A DNA stretch of 62,545 bases from Spirochaetia bacterium (lineage in GTDB: Bacteria > Spirochaetota > Spirochaetia > CADAEX01): positions 1-62,545 of the forward strand of contig CAXXHA010000041.1 of the NCBI GenBank assembly GCA_963662265.2, given 5' to 3'. Of this stretch, positions 1 to 9,729 are shown piece after piece. The notes beneath the pieces are model-generated. The model did not search any database. It was given only the letters and a program-made list of their open reading frames with translations, and was not told the origin of the DNA. The number at the start of each line of letters is the position of its first letter. The stretch's first letter is position 1. The position numbers were made by a program, and so were the translations under genes.

Positions 1-875
1 GATCACACTTCCCGGTTTTACAGATCTTGTAATCCATGTGTTACCGCCTATAATCGCGCCTTTGCCAATAACTGTTCTTCCGCCCAGAATTGTTGAATTG
101 GCATATATTATAACTTCATCCTCAATATCCGGATGTCTCTTTTCTCCTATTCTGGGGTTGCTCCTTCCTTGTCAAAGGGGGAAAGCGCACCAAGAGTTAC
201 TCCCTGGTACAGTTTAACATTATTTCCTATAGTTGTTGTTTCACCTATTACTACACCTGTTCCATGGTCAATGAAAAAGCTTTCTCCAATTGAGGCTCCA
301 GGGTGGATATCAATACCTGTTCGCGAATGGGCTCTTTCAGACATGATTCTGGGAATTATTGGAACTCCGTGATTGTAGAGGCTGTGAGCAATTCTGTGAG
401 TTGCAATAGCTTCAAGAAAGGGGTAGCTGAAAACAATCTCATCAAGAGAAGATGCAGCAGGATCGCCTTCTTTTGCAGCTTTTATATCAGTTATCAGTAT
501 TCTCCGTATTTCCGGAAGTTCTTTAATAATATCGTAAAGTGCCTGGTAAGCTTTCTCGTTACAGTCGCAGTTGCTGCATTCATTCTCTCTGCACATATAC
601 CTGAAGCTGTCTTTCAGGTATTTTATAAATCTGTAGCTTATATACCTGAGTCTTTCATTTATATAAAAGCTGATTTCATCAGGTGATATCTTGTCTCTGC
701 TGAAACAGCCCGGAAAAAGAATAGTCAGAAAACCGTCAAGAACTTCATATACACCTTCACGGCCTGATTTTCCAAGTTCTTCACCTGTAGTGACATGGTA
801 GTCGGTTTTTATGCTTTTTTCCAGCTGGTCAGTTACATCAGGAATGATGTCGTTCATAAAATTTTTGATTTCCAT
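1..875 (-). CDS. cysE: Serine O-acetyltransferase (EpsC-type); frameshift near 160, 3' end runs off the window
   Basis: [26 protein letters not shown] and LYQGVTLGA motifs. After the stop at 147 another frame continues [30 protein letters not shown] at 875. Confidence 0.9.
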
Positions 876-964
876 AGATCTCAGAATATTCAATATATAT
901 CTAAAAATCAAGGAAAAAGTTTTTTAATAAATTCAGACAAGCTGATGAAGGATTAAAAAAAACA

Positions 965-993
965 TTGACATCCGGGTAAAAAGAGATGAAAAT
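965..993 (+). promoter_or_regulatory. Putative sigma70 promoter of the first hppA
   Basis: TTGACA-17 nt-GAAAAT. Confidence 0.45.
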
Positions 994-1056
994 TTTACTT
1001 AGGTTCATAACAGAGCAAACTGCGTTAATTACAATTATTTTTAAGGGGTATTTATT

Positions 1057-3447
1057 GTGAGAAAAATTAAACACATCTCATTAACTGCCGCTTTATTATT
1101 TCTTCCTTTAGTACAGGCATTCAGCGAAAACAGTATGGATAAAGCTGCAGCAGGATCAAATATACCGATGTATTGTGTTATTGCATCGGTTATAGCGCTG
1201 CTGTTTGCAGTATTCTTTTACAGGAAAATGATGGGGGCTCCTGAAGGAACTGACACAATGAAGGAAATTGCCCAGAGTGTCAGGGAAGGAGCTTATGCCT
1301 ATCTTGCAAGGCAGTACAAAGTTGTAACAATTGTTTTTATAATCCTTGTAGTAATATTTTACATACTTGCAGTAATGGGTGTGCAGAATCCTTTTGTTCC
1401 AGTAGCTTTTCTGACCGGAGGTTTTTTCAGCGGTCTTTGCGGTTTCCTGGGAATGAAAACTGCTACAAATGCATCTTCAAGAACTGCCCAGGGAGCAAGT
1501 ATAAGTCTAAACAGCGGTCTACAGGTGGCTTTCAGAAGCGGTGCTGTAATGGGGCTTGTTGTTGTCGGATTCGGTCTTCTCTATATTTCCATCTGGTATA
1601 TTATTCTTGATAAACTTGTTTATACTGCTGCCCATATGGCGGAAGGTCTGAAATTTGCAGGCTTGATCCTTGTCCATGAAGGAATGGATCCTGGTGACAG
1701 GCTTGTCGAAATAACAACCACAATGATTACCTTTGGTATGGGTGCTTCTACACAGGCTCTTTTTGCACGTGTAGGGGGCGGAATTTATACGAAAGCAGCT
1801 GATGTCGGGGCTGACCTTGTCGGTAAGGTTGAGGCTGGTATACCTGAAGATGATCCGAGAAATCCTGCAACAATTGCAGACAGTGTAGGGGATAATGTAG
1901 GTGATGTAGCAGGTATGGGAGCTGACCTTTACGAAAGCTACTGCGGTTCAATACTTGCAACAGCTGCTCTTGGCGCTGCTCTTCCCTCTGTCAGCGGAAT
2001 GTCTCCTCTTCAGGCTGTAACTGCACCTATGCTTGTTGCAGCAGCAGGAATTGTCCTTTCAATCGCAGGAATATTTATGGTCAGGTGCAAGGAGAACGCA
2101 TCCCAGAAAACCCTTTTAAAGAGCCTTCTTGTCGGCACACTCGGCAGTTCTATTCTAATTCTTGCTGCTGTTGCTGTTATGGCAGCCGGCGGCATGATTA
2201 CATGGGGAGTGTTCGGAGCTGTAGTGTCAGGGCTTGTCGCTGGTGTTATTATAGGCCAGATAACTGAATATTACACTTCTGATGAATTTGCACCGACTAA
2301 AGGGATTGCAGAACAGACCCAAATGGGGCCTGCTACAACAATAATTGACGGCTTTGCAACAGGAATGTTTTCGACAGGCTGGTCTGTAATTATAATTGTT
2401 ATATGTATTATTTGTGCATTTACATTTGCAGGCGGGTATACAAATATGGCGCTTGGGCTTTACGGAATCGGTTTTGCTGCTGTGGGTATGCTTGCAACTC
2501 TCGGAATAACACTTGCTACTGATGCTTACGGACCGATAGCAGACAACGCTGGGGGTAATGCGGAAATGAGCGGTCTCGGGGAAGAAGTCCGGGAACGTAC
2601 TGATGCTCTTGATTCGCTGGGTAATACTACTGCTGCTACCGGTAAGGGATTTGCCATAGGATCTGCCGCATTGACTGCAATGGCTCTTCTTGCAGCTTAT
2701 ATAGAAGAGGTGAGGATCTGGATTGGAAGGCTTGCTTCATCTGCATCAGATGGTATTTACAGGGTCGGTGATGTCCTTTTCAGTGCAGATGGTTCTGTTC
2801 CCGGTACTGTTGCGGTAAAAAGTGCTGCTATATCTGATTTTATTCAGGCTTATAATCTTACTATAATGAACCCGAAACTGTTGAGTGGATTATTCATAGG
2901 TTCAATGATGGCATTTGTTTTCTGTGCCTTTACTATGAAAGCTGTTGGACGGGCGGCAGGAGATATGGTTAATGAAGTGAGACGGCAGTTCAGGGAGATT
3001 CCCGGAATCCTTGAAGGAAAATCAAAACCTGATTATGCAAGCTGTGTTTCTATTTCCACAAAAGGAGCGCAGAAAGCAATGGTTCTGCCTTCTTTTCTTG
3101 CAATATGTGTCCCTGTTTTTACAGGCCTTTTACTTGGTGTCGCAGGTGTGATGGGGCTGCTTGCTGGAGTCCTTACAGCAGGTTTTGTGCTTGCTATTAC
3201 GCTTAATAATGCAGGCGGAGCATGGGATAATGCCAAGAAGTATATTGAAAAAGGGCATTACGGCGGAAAAGGCTCTGATGCGCATAAGGCCGGTGTAGTG
3301 GGGGATACTGTAGGAGATCCTTTTAAAGACACATCAGGACCGTCACTTAATATTCTTATCAAACTTATGGCTATGGTTTCTGTTGTTTTCAGCGGTGTTA
3401 TAGTAAGATTTGGCCCGATGATTGCTGAACTTCTTAACATGAAATAA
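1057..3447 (+). CDS. hppA: K+-dependent membrane-integral pyrophosphatase, Na+,H+-PPase-like lineage
   Basis: [29 protein letters not shown] (Ala K+-dependence determinant), [10 protein letters not shown]; many TM helices. Confidence 0.95.
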   Translation: MRKIKHISLTAALLFLPLVQAFSENSMDKAAAGSNIPMYCVIASVIALLFAVFFYRKMMGAPEGTDTMKEIAQSVREGAYAYLARQYKVVTIVFIILVVIFYILAVMGVQNPFVPVAFLTGGFFSGLCGFLGMKTATNASSRTAQGASISLNSGLQVAFRSGAVMGLVVVGFGLLYISIWYIILDKLVYTAAHMAEGLKFAGLILVHEGMDPGDRLVEITTTMITFGMGASTQALFARVGGGIYTKAADVGADLVGKVEAGIPEDDPRNPATIADSVGDNVGDVAGMGADLYESYCGSILATAALGAALPSVSGMSPLQAVTAPMLVAAAGIVLSIAGIFMVRCKENASQKTLLKSLLVGTLGSSILILAAVAVMAAGGMITWGVFGAVVSGLVAGVIIGQITEYYTSDEFAPTKGIAEQTQMGPATTIIDGFATGMFSTGWSVIIIVICIICAFTFAGGYTNMALGLYGIGFAAVGMLATLGITLATDAYGPIADNAGGNAEMSGLGEEVRERTDALDSLGNTTAATGKGFAIGSAALTAMALLAAYIEEVRIWIGRLASSASDGIYRVGDVLFSADGSVPGTVAVKSAAISDFIQAYNLTIMNPKLLSGLFIGSMMAFVFCAFTMKAVGRAAGDMVNEVRRQFREIPGILEGKSKPDYASCVSISTKGAQKAMVLPSFLAICVPVFTGLLLGVAGVMGLLAGVLTAGFVLAITLNNAGGAWDNAKKYIEKGHYGGKGSDAHKAGVVGDTVGDPFKDTSGPSLNILIKLMAMVSVVFSGVIVRFGPMIAELLNMK

Positions 3448-3454
3448 CTGTATA

Positions 3455-3483
3455 AATCCCGGTTATTCAATATAGCCGGGATT
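3455..3483 (+). terminator. Hairpin after hppA, probable terminator
   Basis: AATCCCGGTTA/TAGCCGGGATT inverted repeat followed by a T-rich tail. Confidence 0.55.
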
Positions 3484-3501
3484 AGTTGTTTACTTTTACC
3501 T

Positions 3502-3546
3502 GATTTATTCGCAGGACGGGTCTAATATCCCGCTGCCTGCAATAAA
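3502..3546. repeat. REP-like palindromic repeat, copy 1
   Basis: GATTTATTnnCAGGnCGGGTCTAATATCCCGC also occurs at 49304-49335. Confidence 0.55.
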
Positions 3547-3968
3547 CCAGTACACGCCGGAACTGCTGACAAAGGGAGTGGGATAATTCATCAGTGCTTC
3601 ATTTAATGTCTAATTGTTTCGTTATGGATAATATGAATCAGTCTTTAATTATTGTTTTTCAATACCATAAAATTATTTTTTGAATTTGATTTTTTAATGA
3701 ATTATAGTTAAAATGGTTTCTTGTGAAATATTGTATTGCGGAATACACAATGTGAAATTATTATTAATTCCTGCATTTAAGATGGATGGAATACCTGATA
3801 AAATTACATGATGCAGTAGACGTTGCAAAATAAATTGCACAGCAAATAAATGAAATAATAATTGTGTAGAATAAAAATGGTTTTAATCAGATTCTTTATC
3901 TAATTTTGCTTTGAGATAATATTAAAGCTTATGATAAAAATCTGAAATTAATAAAAAAGGAGTTAACC

Positions 3969-5471
3969 ATGGGAGAACGTGGTGAGTGGGGTACCCGTGC
4001 AGGCTTTATTCTTGCTGCTGTAGGTTCAGCTATCGGACTGGGAAATATATGGCGATTTCCGTATATGACAGCAAGTAACGGAGGAGGAGCATTCTTAATT
4101 GCTTATATTGTTGCTCTTATAACTGCAGGTATACCTATCATGATTCTGGAATTCGGTCTTGGTCATAAAATGAAAAGATCAGCGCCCGGAGCTTTCAGAA
4201 AACTCGGAGCAAAATGGGAATGGATAGGATGGTGGCAGGCTGCTGTTTCATTCAGTATTGCTGTATATTATGTGGCAATTATCGGATGGGCAATCAGCTA
4301 TATAGTACATTCATTCGGACTTAACTGGGGAGAAGATACAAAGGGCTTCTTCTTCGGAAAATACCTTGGTCTTTCTGATGGACCGTTTAATCTTGGTGGA
4401 ATACAGCTCAAGGTTTTTATTCCTCTCATTATTGTATGGGGGCTTAACTATACAATTCTTATGGGCGGAGTTAAAAAGGGAATAGAAAAGGCAAGTAAAA
4501 TAATAATGCCTGTTCTTATTGTGCTGATTATTGTTATTGCTATCAGAGGTATAACACTTCCTGGAGCAGCTGCTGGTCTTGATTACATGTTTAAACCTGA
4601 TTTCAGCAAGATTCTAGACGGAAGAGTATGGGTTGCAGCTTACGGGCAGATATTTTTCAGCCTATCAGTTGCTTTTGCAATCATGATAACTTACTCAAGT
4701 TACCTTCCTGAAAAAACAGATATTGTAAACAATGCTTTTATAACATCTTTTGCAAACTGCGGTTTCAGCCTTCTTGCAGGTATCGGCGTATTCAGTATTC
4801 TCGGATACATGGCACAGGCTCAGGGCGTTGCTGTAGAGGAAGTTGCAGGAGCTGGTGTTGGTCTTGCGTTTATAGTATTCCCTCAGGCAATTAACACACT
4901 TCCGGGACTTAACAGTATATTCGGTGTTCTTTTCTTCGGTTCACTCGTATTTGCAGGTCTTTCTTCAAGTATGTCTATAATTGAAGTATTTAATGCAGGA
5001 ATCATGGATAAATTCAACATGTCAAGAAAGAAAGCTCTTTCATGGTCATGCGGTGTAGGTTTTGTTGTTTCTGCTGTCTTTGCAACAGGAGCAGGTCTTT
5101 ATATTCTTGATATAGCAGATCACTTTATCATGAACTACGGTGTTGCTCTCGGCGGTCTTGTCGAAGCAATTGTTATTGCGTGGATTCTCAAGAAAGTACA
5201 GTTTATTAAAGATCATGTTAATCCTATATCAGATTTTGCTATAGGCGCATGGTGGGATATCTGTCTTAAGTATATTACTCCTATACTTCTTGGTATTATG
5301 TTAATCAATAACCTCTATCAGGATATTGTTAATCCTTACGAAGGTTATCCGATTGCTGCTCTCATGGTTATGGGTGTTGCAGTTGCAACAATAGGAATTA
5401 TAGCCGGAGTTGTTGTAGCTAAAATGAAAGGTTCTGAGGAATTCACAGCTCTTTCACCGGAGGGGGAATAA
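3969..5471 (+). CDS. Sodium-dependent transporter, NSS/SNF family
   Basis: GSAIGLGNIWRFPY, GGGAFL and QIFFSLS motifs; hydrophobic throughout. Confidence 0.95.
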   Translation: MGERGEWGTRAGFILAAVGSAIGLGNIWRFPYMTASNGGGAFLIAYIVALITAGIPIMILEFGLGHKMKRSAPGAFRKLGAKWEWIGWWQAAVSFSIAVYYVAIIGWAISYIVHSFGLNWGEDTKGFFFGKYLGLSDGPFNLGGIQLKVFIPLIIVWGLNYTILMGGVKKGIEKASKIIMPVLIVLIIVIAIRGITLPGAAAGLDYMFKPDFSKILDGRVWVAAYGQIFFSLSVAFAIMITYSSYLPEKTDIVNNAFITSFANCGFSLLAGIGVFSILGYMAQAQGVAVEEVAGAGVGLAFIVFPQAINTLPGLNSIFGVLFFGSLVFAGLSSSMSIIEVFNAGIMDKFNMSRKKALSWSCGVGFVVSAVFATGAGLYILDIADHFIMNYGVALGGLVEAIVIAWILKKVQFIKDHVNPISDFAIGAWWDICLKYITPILLGIMLINNLYQDIVNPYEGYPIAALMVMGVAVATIGIIAGVVVAKMKGSEEFTALSPEGE

Positions 5472-5472
5472 G

Positions 5473-5574
5473 ATGAGTACTGGTGCAGTAGTATTTATGG
5501 TTTTTGCAATTGCTGTCCTGTGGGGCGGTCTTGCAGTTTGCCTGAGAATTGCAATTAAAAACAAAGATAAATAA
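5473..5574 (+). CDS. MetS-like small subunit of the NSS transporter (33 aa, absent from the ORF track)
   Basis: MSTGAVVFMVFAIAVLWGGLAVCLRIAIKNKDK; single TM with a WGG motif, 1 nt after the NSS stop, SD GAGGGGG. Confidence 0.85.
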   Translation: MSTGAVVFMVFAIAVLWGGLAVCLRIAIKNKDK

Positions 5575-5628
5575 GGGCTGTCATTAGTGATGTGAATTAT
5601 TAAATTCTGACAGCATAATAAATTTTAT

Positions 5629-5669
5629 AAGGACTGAATTCTGTAATATACAGGAATCAGTCCTTTTTT
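5629..5669 (+). terminator. Intrinsic terminator
   Basis: AAGGACTGA...TCAGTCCTT stem plus T-run, between convergent genes. Confidence 0.7.
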
Positions 5670-5682
5670 AAATTTCAGTATT

Positions 5683-6474
5683 TTAAAATGTTTCGAGTTC
5701 TCTGAATAGCGAAGGTAGTATCACGGAAAGGTTTGTAAAATCAGTAATATAATGAAGCGCGGTTTCTTTTAAATAATTTTCCATTTCATCAGGATGATGA
5801 AAACTTTCAGGCAGTAAATGTTCTTTTTCCGCTTCAGTTGTATCGACCCCTGTCCATATCCTGCTTCTGAGTTCGCTTCCCCCTTTTGTTTCCCTTACAA
5901 AATGACAGATTGATCCTTCATTAGCACATACCGCTGTCCAGTTGTTTCCTGTTTTTGAACAGCAGTCTATACCACATTCAGCTGGTGAGTGATAGGACAT
6001 TAGCGAGTCATGAATTATTTCTTCGGAAGTTTTTTCCCTGTATATGACATTAACTCCCCATAATCGCCTGTTGTACGGTAGATTGCTGTTAAGAAGCTGT
6101 TTTCTGTCATCATTATCAACATACACGGAAATATGTTCTTCAGGGTTCCATATTTTATACCGGTCTGAATCAACAGGATGCCATGAAAAAAACCAGTCAA
6201 ACATTTCAGGAGTAATATCCGGCAGACTGAGGTGAAATGCGATATAGCCTGTCCCGTCAGGCAGCAGGCTGTATCCTGATTCATACTGATGATATCCGTT
6301 TTCAGTTAGTAAATGGAAATTTTCAACAGGCAGTGTATATTTATTCGGTATAACAGAATTTAAAACACTGTTGATTGTTTTTTTGTCAGGATATTTAACA
6401 TTCCGTAAGGAATATTTATTATATGTTTTTGAAACATGAGATTTTTTTTTATTCGGGGACTTTTTAGAATCCAC
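5683..6474 (-). CDS. DAPG hydrolase (PhlG) family protein
   Basis: ESGYSLLPDGTGY, ITPEMFDWFFSWH, RYKIWNPEEH and ELRSRIW motifs; GTG start with SD AGGAG. Confidence 0.8.
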   Translation of the reverse strand: MDSKKSPNKKKSHVSKTYNKYSLRNVKYPDKKTINSVLNSVIPNKYTLPVENFHLLTENGYHQYESGYSLLPDGTGYIAFHLSLPDITPEMFDWFFSWHPVDSDRYKIWNPEEHISVYVDNDDRKQLLNSNLPYNRRLWGVNVIYREKTSEEIIHDSLMSYHSPAECGIDCCSKTGNNWTAVCANEGSICHFVRETKGGSELRSRIWTGVDTTEAEKEHLLPESFHHPDEMENYLKETALHYITDFTNLSVILPSLFRELETF

Positions 6475-6503
6475 AGAAAACTCCTGTATTGAAAATAAAA
6501 AAA

Positions 6504-6519
6504 GTAAACAGGTGTTTAC
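6504..6519. promoter_or_regulatory. Candidate TetR operator
   Basis: Perfect inverted repeat GTAAACA-GG-TGTTTAC in the divergent phlG-like/tetR spacer. Confidence 0.5.
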
Positions 6520-6668
6520 AAAATAATTTTAACCTGAAAAAAGATTTTTTGGAAGTTTAAAAATGGAAAAATAATTCCAAAAATTGTTTTCTTTACAGTA
6601 CTAAAATTCATTTATATAATATCAGAAACATATTTTCTGGTAACAGTTTCAATACTGATATCATCAAA

Positions 6669-7280
6669 ATGATACACCAAGAGGTTCTAGTGGATAGTTC
6701 TGTAAAGAATAAAAGGGACAGGTCATTAACCGAGAGGAAAATAAAAACAGCTGCCTATCAGCTGTTTGCAGAAAAAGGTTTTAAATCAACAACAATCAGA
6801 ATGATTTCTGAAAAATCCGGATGCAATGTAACACTGATATCCCGTTATTTCGGAAGCAAAAAAAACCTTTTCAAGACAATCATTGAAGAGGAGTTTAAGA
6901 CTTTCAGCCGGCAGAGGATTGACTCCCGGGAAACTGAGTCCCTTTCTGAGGAACTAAAGTATTTCTTCCGTGAATCAATGGATATGCTTTATAATAATGA
7001 ACGTTTTTACAGACTTATTATAAGGGAAACTATTACTGAGGCCTGGTATGGTAAAATAGTGGAAACTGTCCATAAAGATGGAGAAGATCTGCTCAAAAAA
7101 AGGCTTTGTAGACTTATAGAAAATAATTATATAGAAAGCAGTATTGATCCTGAAAAAATGTCCCATATGATATTTCATTTTCTCAGTGGACTGATTTTAC
7201 GCTATCTTATGTTTTATTACAGAAGAATAGATGATCTTGAAGAGGAGATTTGTTTTTTCATTGAGACTGTATGCAGATAA
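6669..7280 (+). CDS. TetR/AcrR family regulator (start may be GTG at 6690)
   Basis: LFAEKGFKSTTIRMISEKSGCNVTLISRYFGSKKNL HTH. Confidence 0.9.
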   Translation: MIHQEVLVDSSVKNKRDRSLTERKIKTAAYQLFAEKGFKSTTIRMISEKSGCNVTLISRYFGSKKNLFKTIIEEEFKTFSRQRIDSRETESLSEELKYFFRESMDMLYNNERFYRLIIRETITEAWYGKIVETVHKDGEDLLKKRLCRLIENNYIESSIDPEKMSHMIFHFLSGLILRYLMFYYRRIDDLEEEICFFIETVCR

Positions 7281-7303
7281 AAAAACCGGACCAATGGTCC
7301 GGT
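7279..7303 (-). terminator. Terminator between tetR and the second hppA
   Basis: ACCGGACC-AAT-GGTCCGGT with an A-run on the left. Confidence 0.65.
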
Positions 7304-7337
7304 CTAATATGAATAAATATCTATTCTAAAATAAGCT

Positions 7338-9407
7338 CTAGCTCCAGAATGTCTTGAGCATTGGTGCTATAACAAGTGAAACAACAGCCATCAGCTTGAT
7401 AAGAATATTGAGTGACGGTCCTGAAGTATCTTTGAACGGGTCACCTACTGTATCACCTACAACAGCTGCTTTGTGCGCATCAGAACCTTTTCCTCCGCCG
7501 GCACCAGCTTCAATCATTTTTTTCGCATTGTCCCATGCACCGCCAGTGTTTGACATGAAGATTGCAAGAACAACACCTGATGCAGTAACACCTGTAAGAA
7601 CACCTGCAAGCATTTCAATACCGCCGATAAAACCTACAGCAACCGGAGTAACAGCTGCAATGATCCCTGGAAGAAGCATTTTCTTGAGAGCAGATGCAGT
7701 ACTGATATCAACACATCTTTTGTAATCCGGTGTATCTTTATCTTCAAGAATTCCCGGTTTTTCTCTGAACTGTCTTCTTACTTCTTCAATCATTGCAAAT
7801 GCAGCCTGTCCTACAGCGCTCATTGACATGGATGAGAAAAGGTAAGGTATTACAGCGCCTAAAAGAACACCTGCAATAACTTTTGTATCAGTAAGATTTA
7901 TATTTTCAACACCTGCTGTTGCCTGGAATGCTGTAAAAAGGATAATTGCTGTGAGAGCAGCAGAACCAATTGCAAAACCCTTACCGATAGCGGCAGTTGT
8001 ATTTCCAACTGAGTCGAGGCTGTCTGTGATATCTCTTACACTTTCATCGAACCCGGCCATTTCCGCCATACCGCCGGCATTATCTGCAATAGGACCGTAA
8101 GCATCAACTGCAAGCTGGATACCAAGTGTTGCAAGCATTCCAAGAGCAGCAATAGCAACACCGTAAAGACCAGCAACGAAAAAACTGCAGAGAATTGCAG
8201 CTGCAATTACTATAATTGAAGGAAAGCAAGAAAGCATTCCTACGCCCATTCCTGTGATAAGTGTAGTTGCCGGTCCTGTTTCACATGCATCTACGATAGA
8301 CTGAACAGGTTTCTTGTCAGTACCTGTGTAGTATTCTGTGAGCATTCCGATAACAACACCTGCAGCGAGGCCGAATACAGAAGCAAGAAATACATCAACA
8401 GGTCCTGTACCTGCATTGAATGTTTCCCCTTCAAAAAGCCATATACAGAGAGGATATGTGAGTGCTGCAGCAATAATAGCAGCTCCGAAAGATCCTGTGT
8501 TAAGCGCTTTCTGTGGATTTGATCCTGGTTTTGCTTTTACCATGAATATACCGATTACTGAAGCAAAAATACCAACAACGCAGAGAAGAAGCGGAAGTGA
8601 TACGAGTTTGAATTTCATGGAAGAAGTTGCTTCAACTGCAACTCCGAGAATCATACATCCTACAATTGATCCCACATATGATTCAAAAAGGTCTGCTCCC
8701 ATTCCTGCAACATCACCAACATTGTCACCAACATTGTCAGCAATTACAGCAGGGTTTCTCGGGTCATCTTCCGGAATACCAGCTTCAACTTTACCTACAA
8801 GGTCAGCCCCTACATCTGCAGCTTTTGTAAATATACCGCCGCCTACTCTTGCAAAAAGAGCTATAGATGATGCGCCGAGTGAAAAACCTGAAAGAATAGG
8901 AAGAATATTATTCCCCAGCATTTCAACAGAATTACCGATTATTTTTGTTGCGAAAAAGAGAACAAGGAATACTCCAAGAAGAGCAAGGCCTACAACACTC
9001 ATACCCATTACCGATCCCCCAGCAAATGAGATGTTAAGTGCTTCTGTAAGTCCTTTATCTGCAGCTGCAGTAGTTGTTCTTGCATTTGAAGCAGTAGCTA
9101 CTTTCATTCCGATGTACCCTGCAAGAGCTGAACATACAGCGCCAAGCACAAATGAAGCAGCCTGAAGTTTGATAAAGCCCTGGTTTGCAATCATCAGAAA
9201 AACAGCAACAATCAGTACAAACGGAATAAGCATTTTATATTCTCTGGAAAGAAAAGCCATAGCTCCGTCAGCCACATAACCATTGATTTTTTTCAGATCA
9301 CCTTTTTCAATCGGCTTCTTGTAGATCCATTTGGTCCTTATAAATGCATAGGCCAATGCAAGTATACTGCCGATTACAGTTGCATACAATGCAAATTCGA
9401 TTTTCAT
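7338..9407 (-). CDS. hppA: K+-dependent, probably Na+-translocating, membrane pyrophosphatase (second paralog)
   Basis: [38 protein letters not shown]; ATG at 9407 with SD-like AAGGGTGGG. Confidence 0.95.
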   Translation of the reverse strand: MKIEFALYATVIGSILALAYAFIRTKWIYKKPIEKGDLKKINGYVADGAMAFLSREYKMLIPFVLIVAVFLMIANQGFIKLQAASFVLGAVCSALAGYIGMKVATASNARTTTAAADKGLTEALNISFAGGSVMGMSVVGLALLGVFLVLFFATKIIGNSVEMLGNNILPILSGFSLGASSIALFARVGGGIFTKAADVGADLVGKVEAGIPEDDPRNPAVIADNVGDNVGDVAGMGADLFESYVGSIVGCMILGVAVEATSSMKFKLVSLPLLLCVVGIFASVIGIFMVKAKPGSNPQKALNTGSFGAAIIAAALTYPLCIWLFEGETFNAGTGPVDVFLASVFGLAAGVVIGMLTEYYTGTDKKPVQSIVDACETGPATTLITGMGVGMLSCFPSIIVIAAAILCSFFVAGLYGVAIAALGMLATLGIQLAVDAYGPIADNAGGMAEMAGFDESVRDITDSLDSVGNTTAAIGKGFAIGSAALTAIILFTAFQATAGVENINLTDTKVIAGVLLGAVIPYLFSSMSMSAVGQAAFAMIEEVRRQFREKPGILEDKDTPDYKRCVDISTASALKKMLLPGIIAAVTPVAVGFIGGIEMLAGVLTGVTASGVVLAIFMSNTGGAWDNAKKMIEAGAGGGKGSDAHKAAVVGDTVGDPFKDTSGPSLNILIKLMAVVSLVIAPMLKTFWS

Positions 9408-9729
9408 AAAACCCACCCTTTTAAAAAAATATTTTAAATGCCATAAAATAAATACAGATTTTATACCCAAATTCAGTCAGGATCAATAGTAAAACTGTTT
9501 TTTTATGAGAAAAAGTAATTGAATAAAAAAAAAGGATGCCAATGTTTTATAGAGAGATTTTCAGACAAAGTAAATTTTACTTGACCATGTACTTAAATTA
9601 AGTTTTAATTTATTAAAACATTTTAATTGATTCCGACTACGCGGTCGGAATACTGCAGTGGTTTTTTACAGCAGGTTAGTTACTGCGGCAGTTTAAAAAA
9701 GTGTTTCTAATACTACAGGAGGATTTATA

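Noticed and set aside
8338-9165. 275-aa plus-strand ORF and other long antisense ORFs (e.g. 14391-14987, 53247-53855)
   Set aside because: Shadow frames of conserved genes, with no motifs or SD
9630-9693. Riboswitch upstream of paaK
   Set aside because: Two plausible hairpins, but no recognisable aptamer consensus or expression platform
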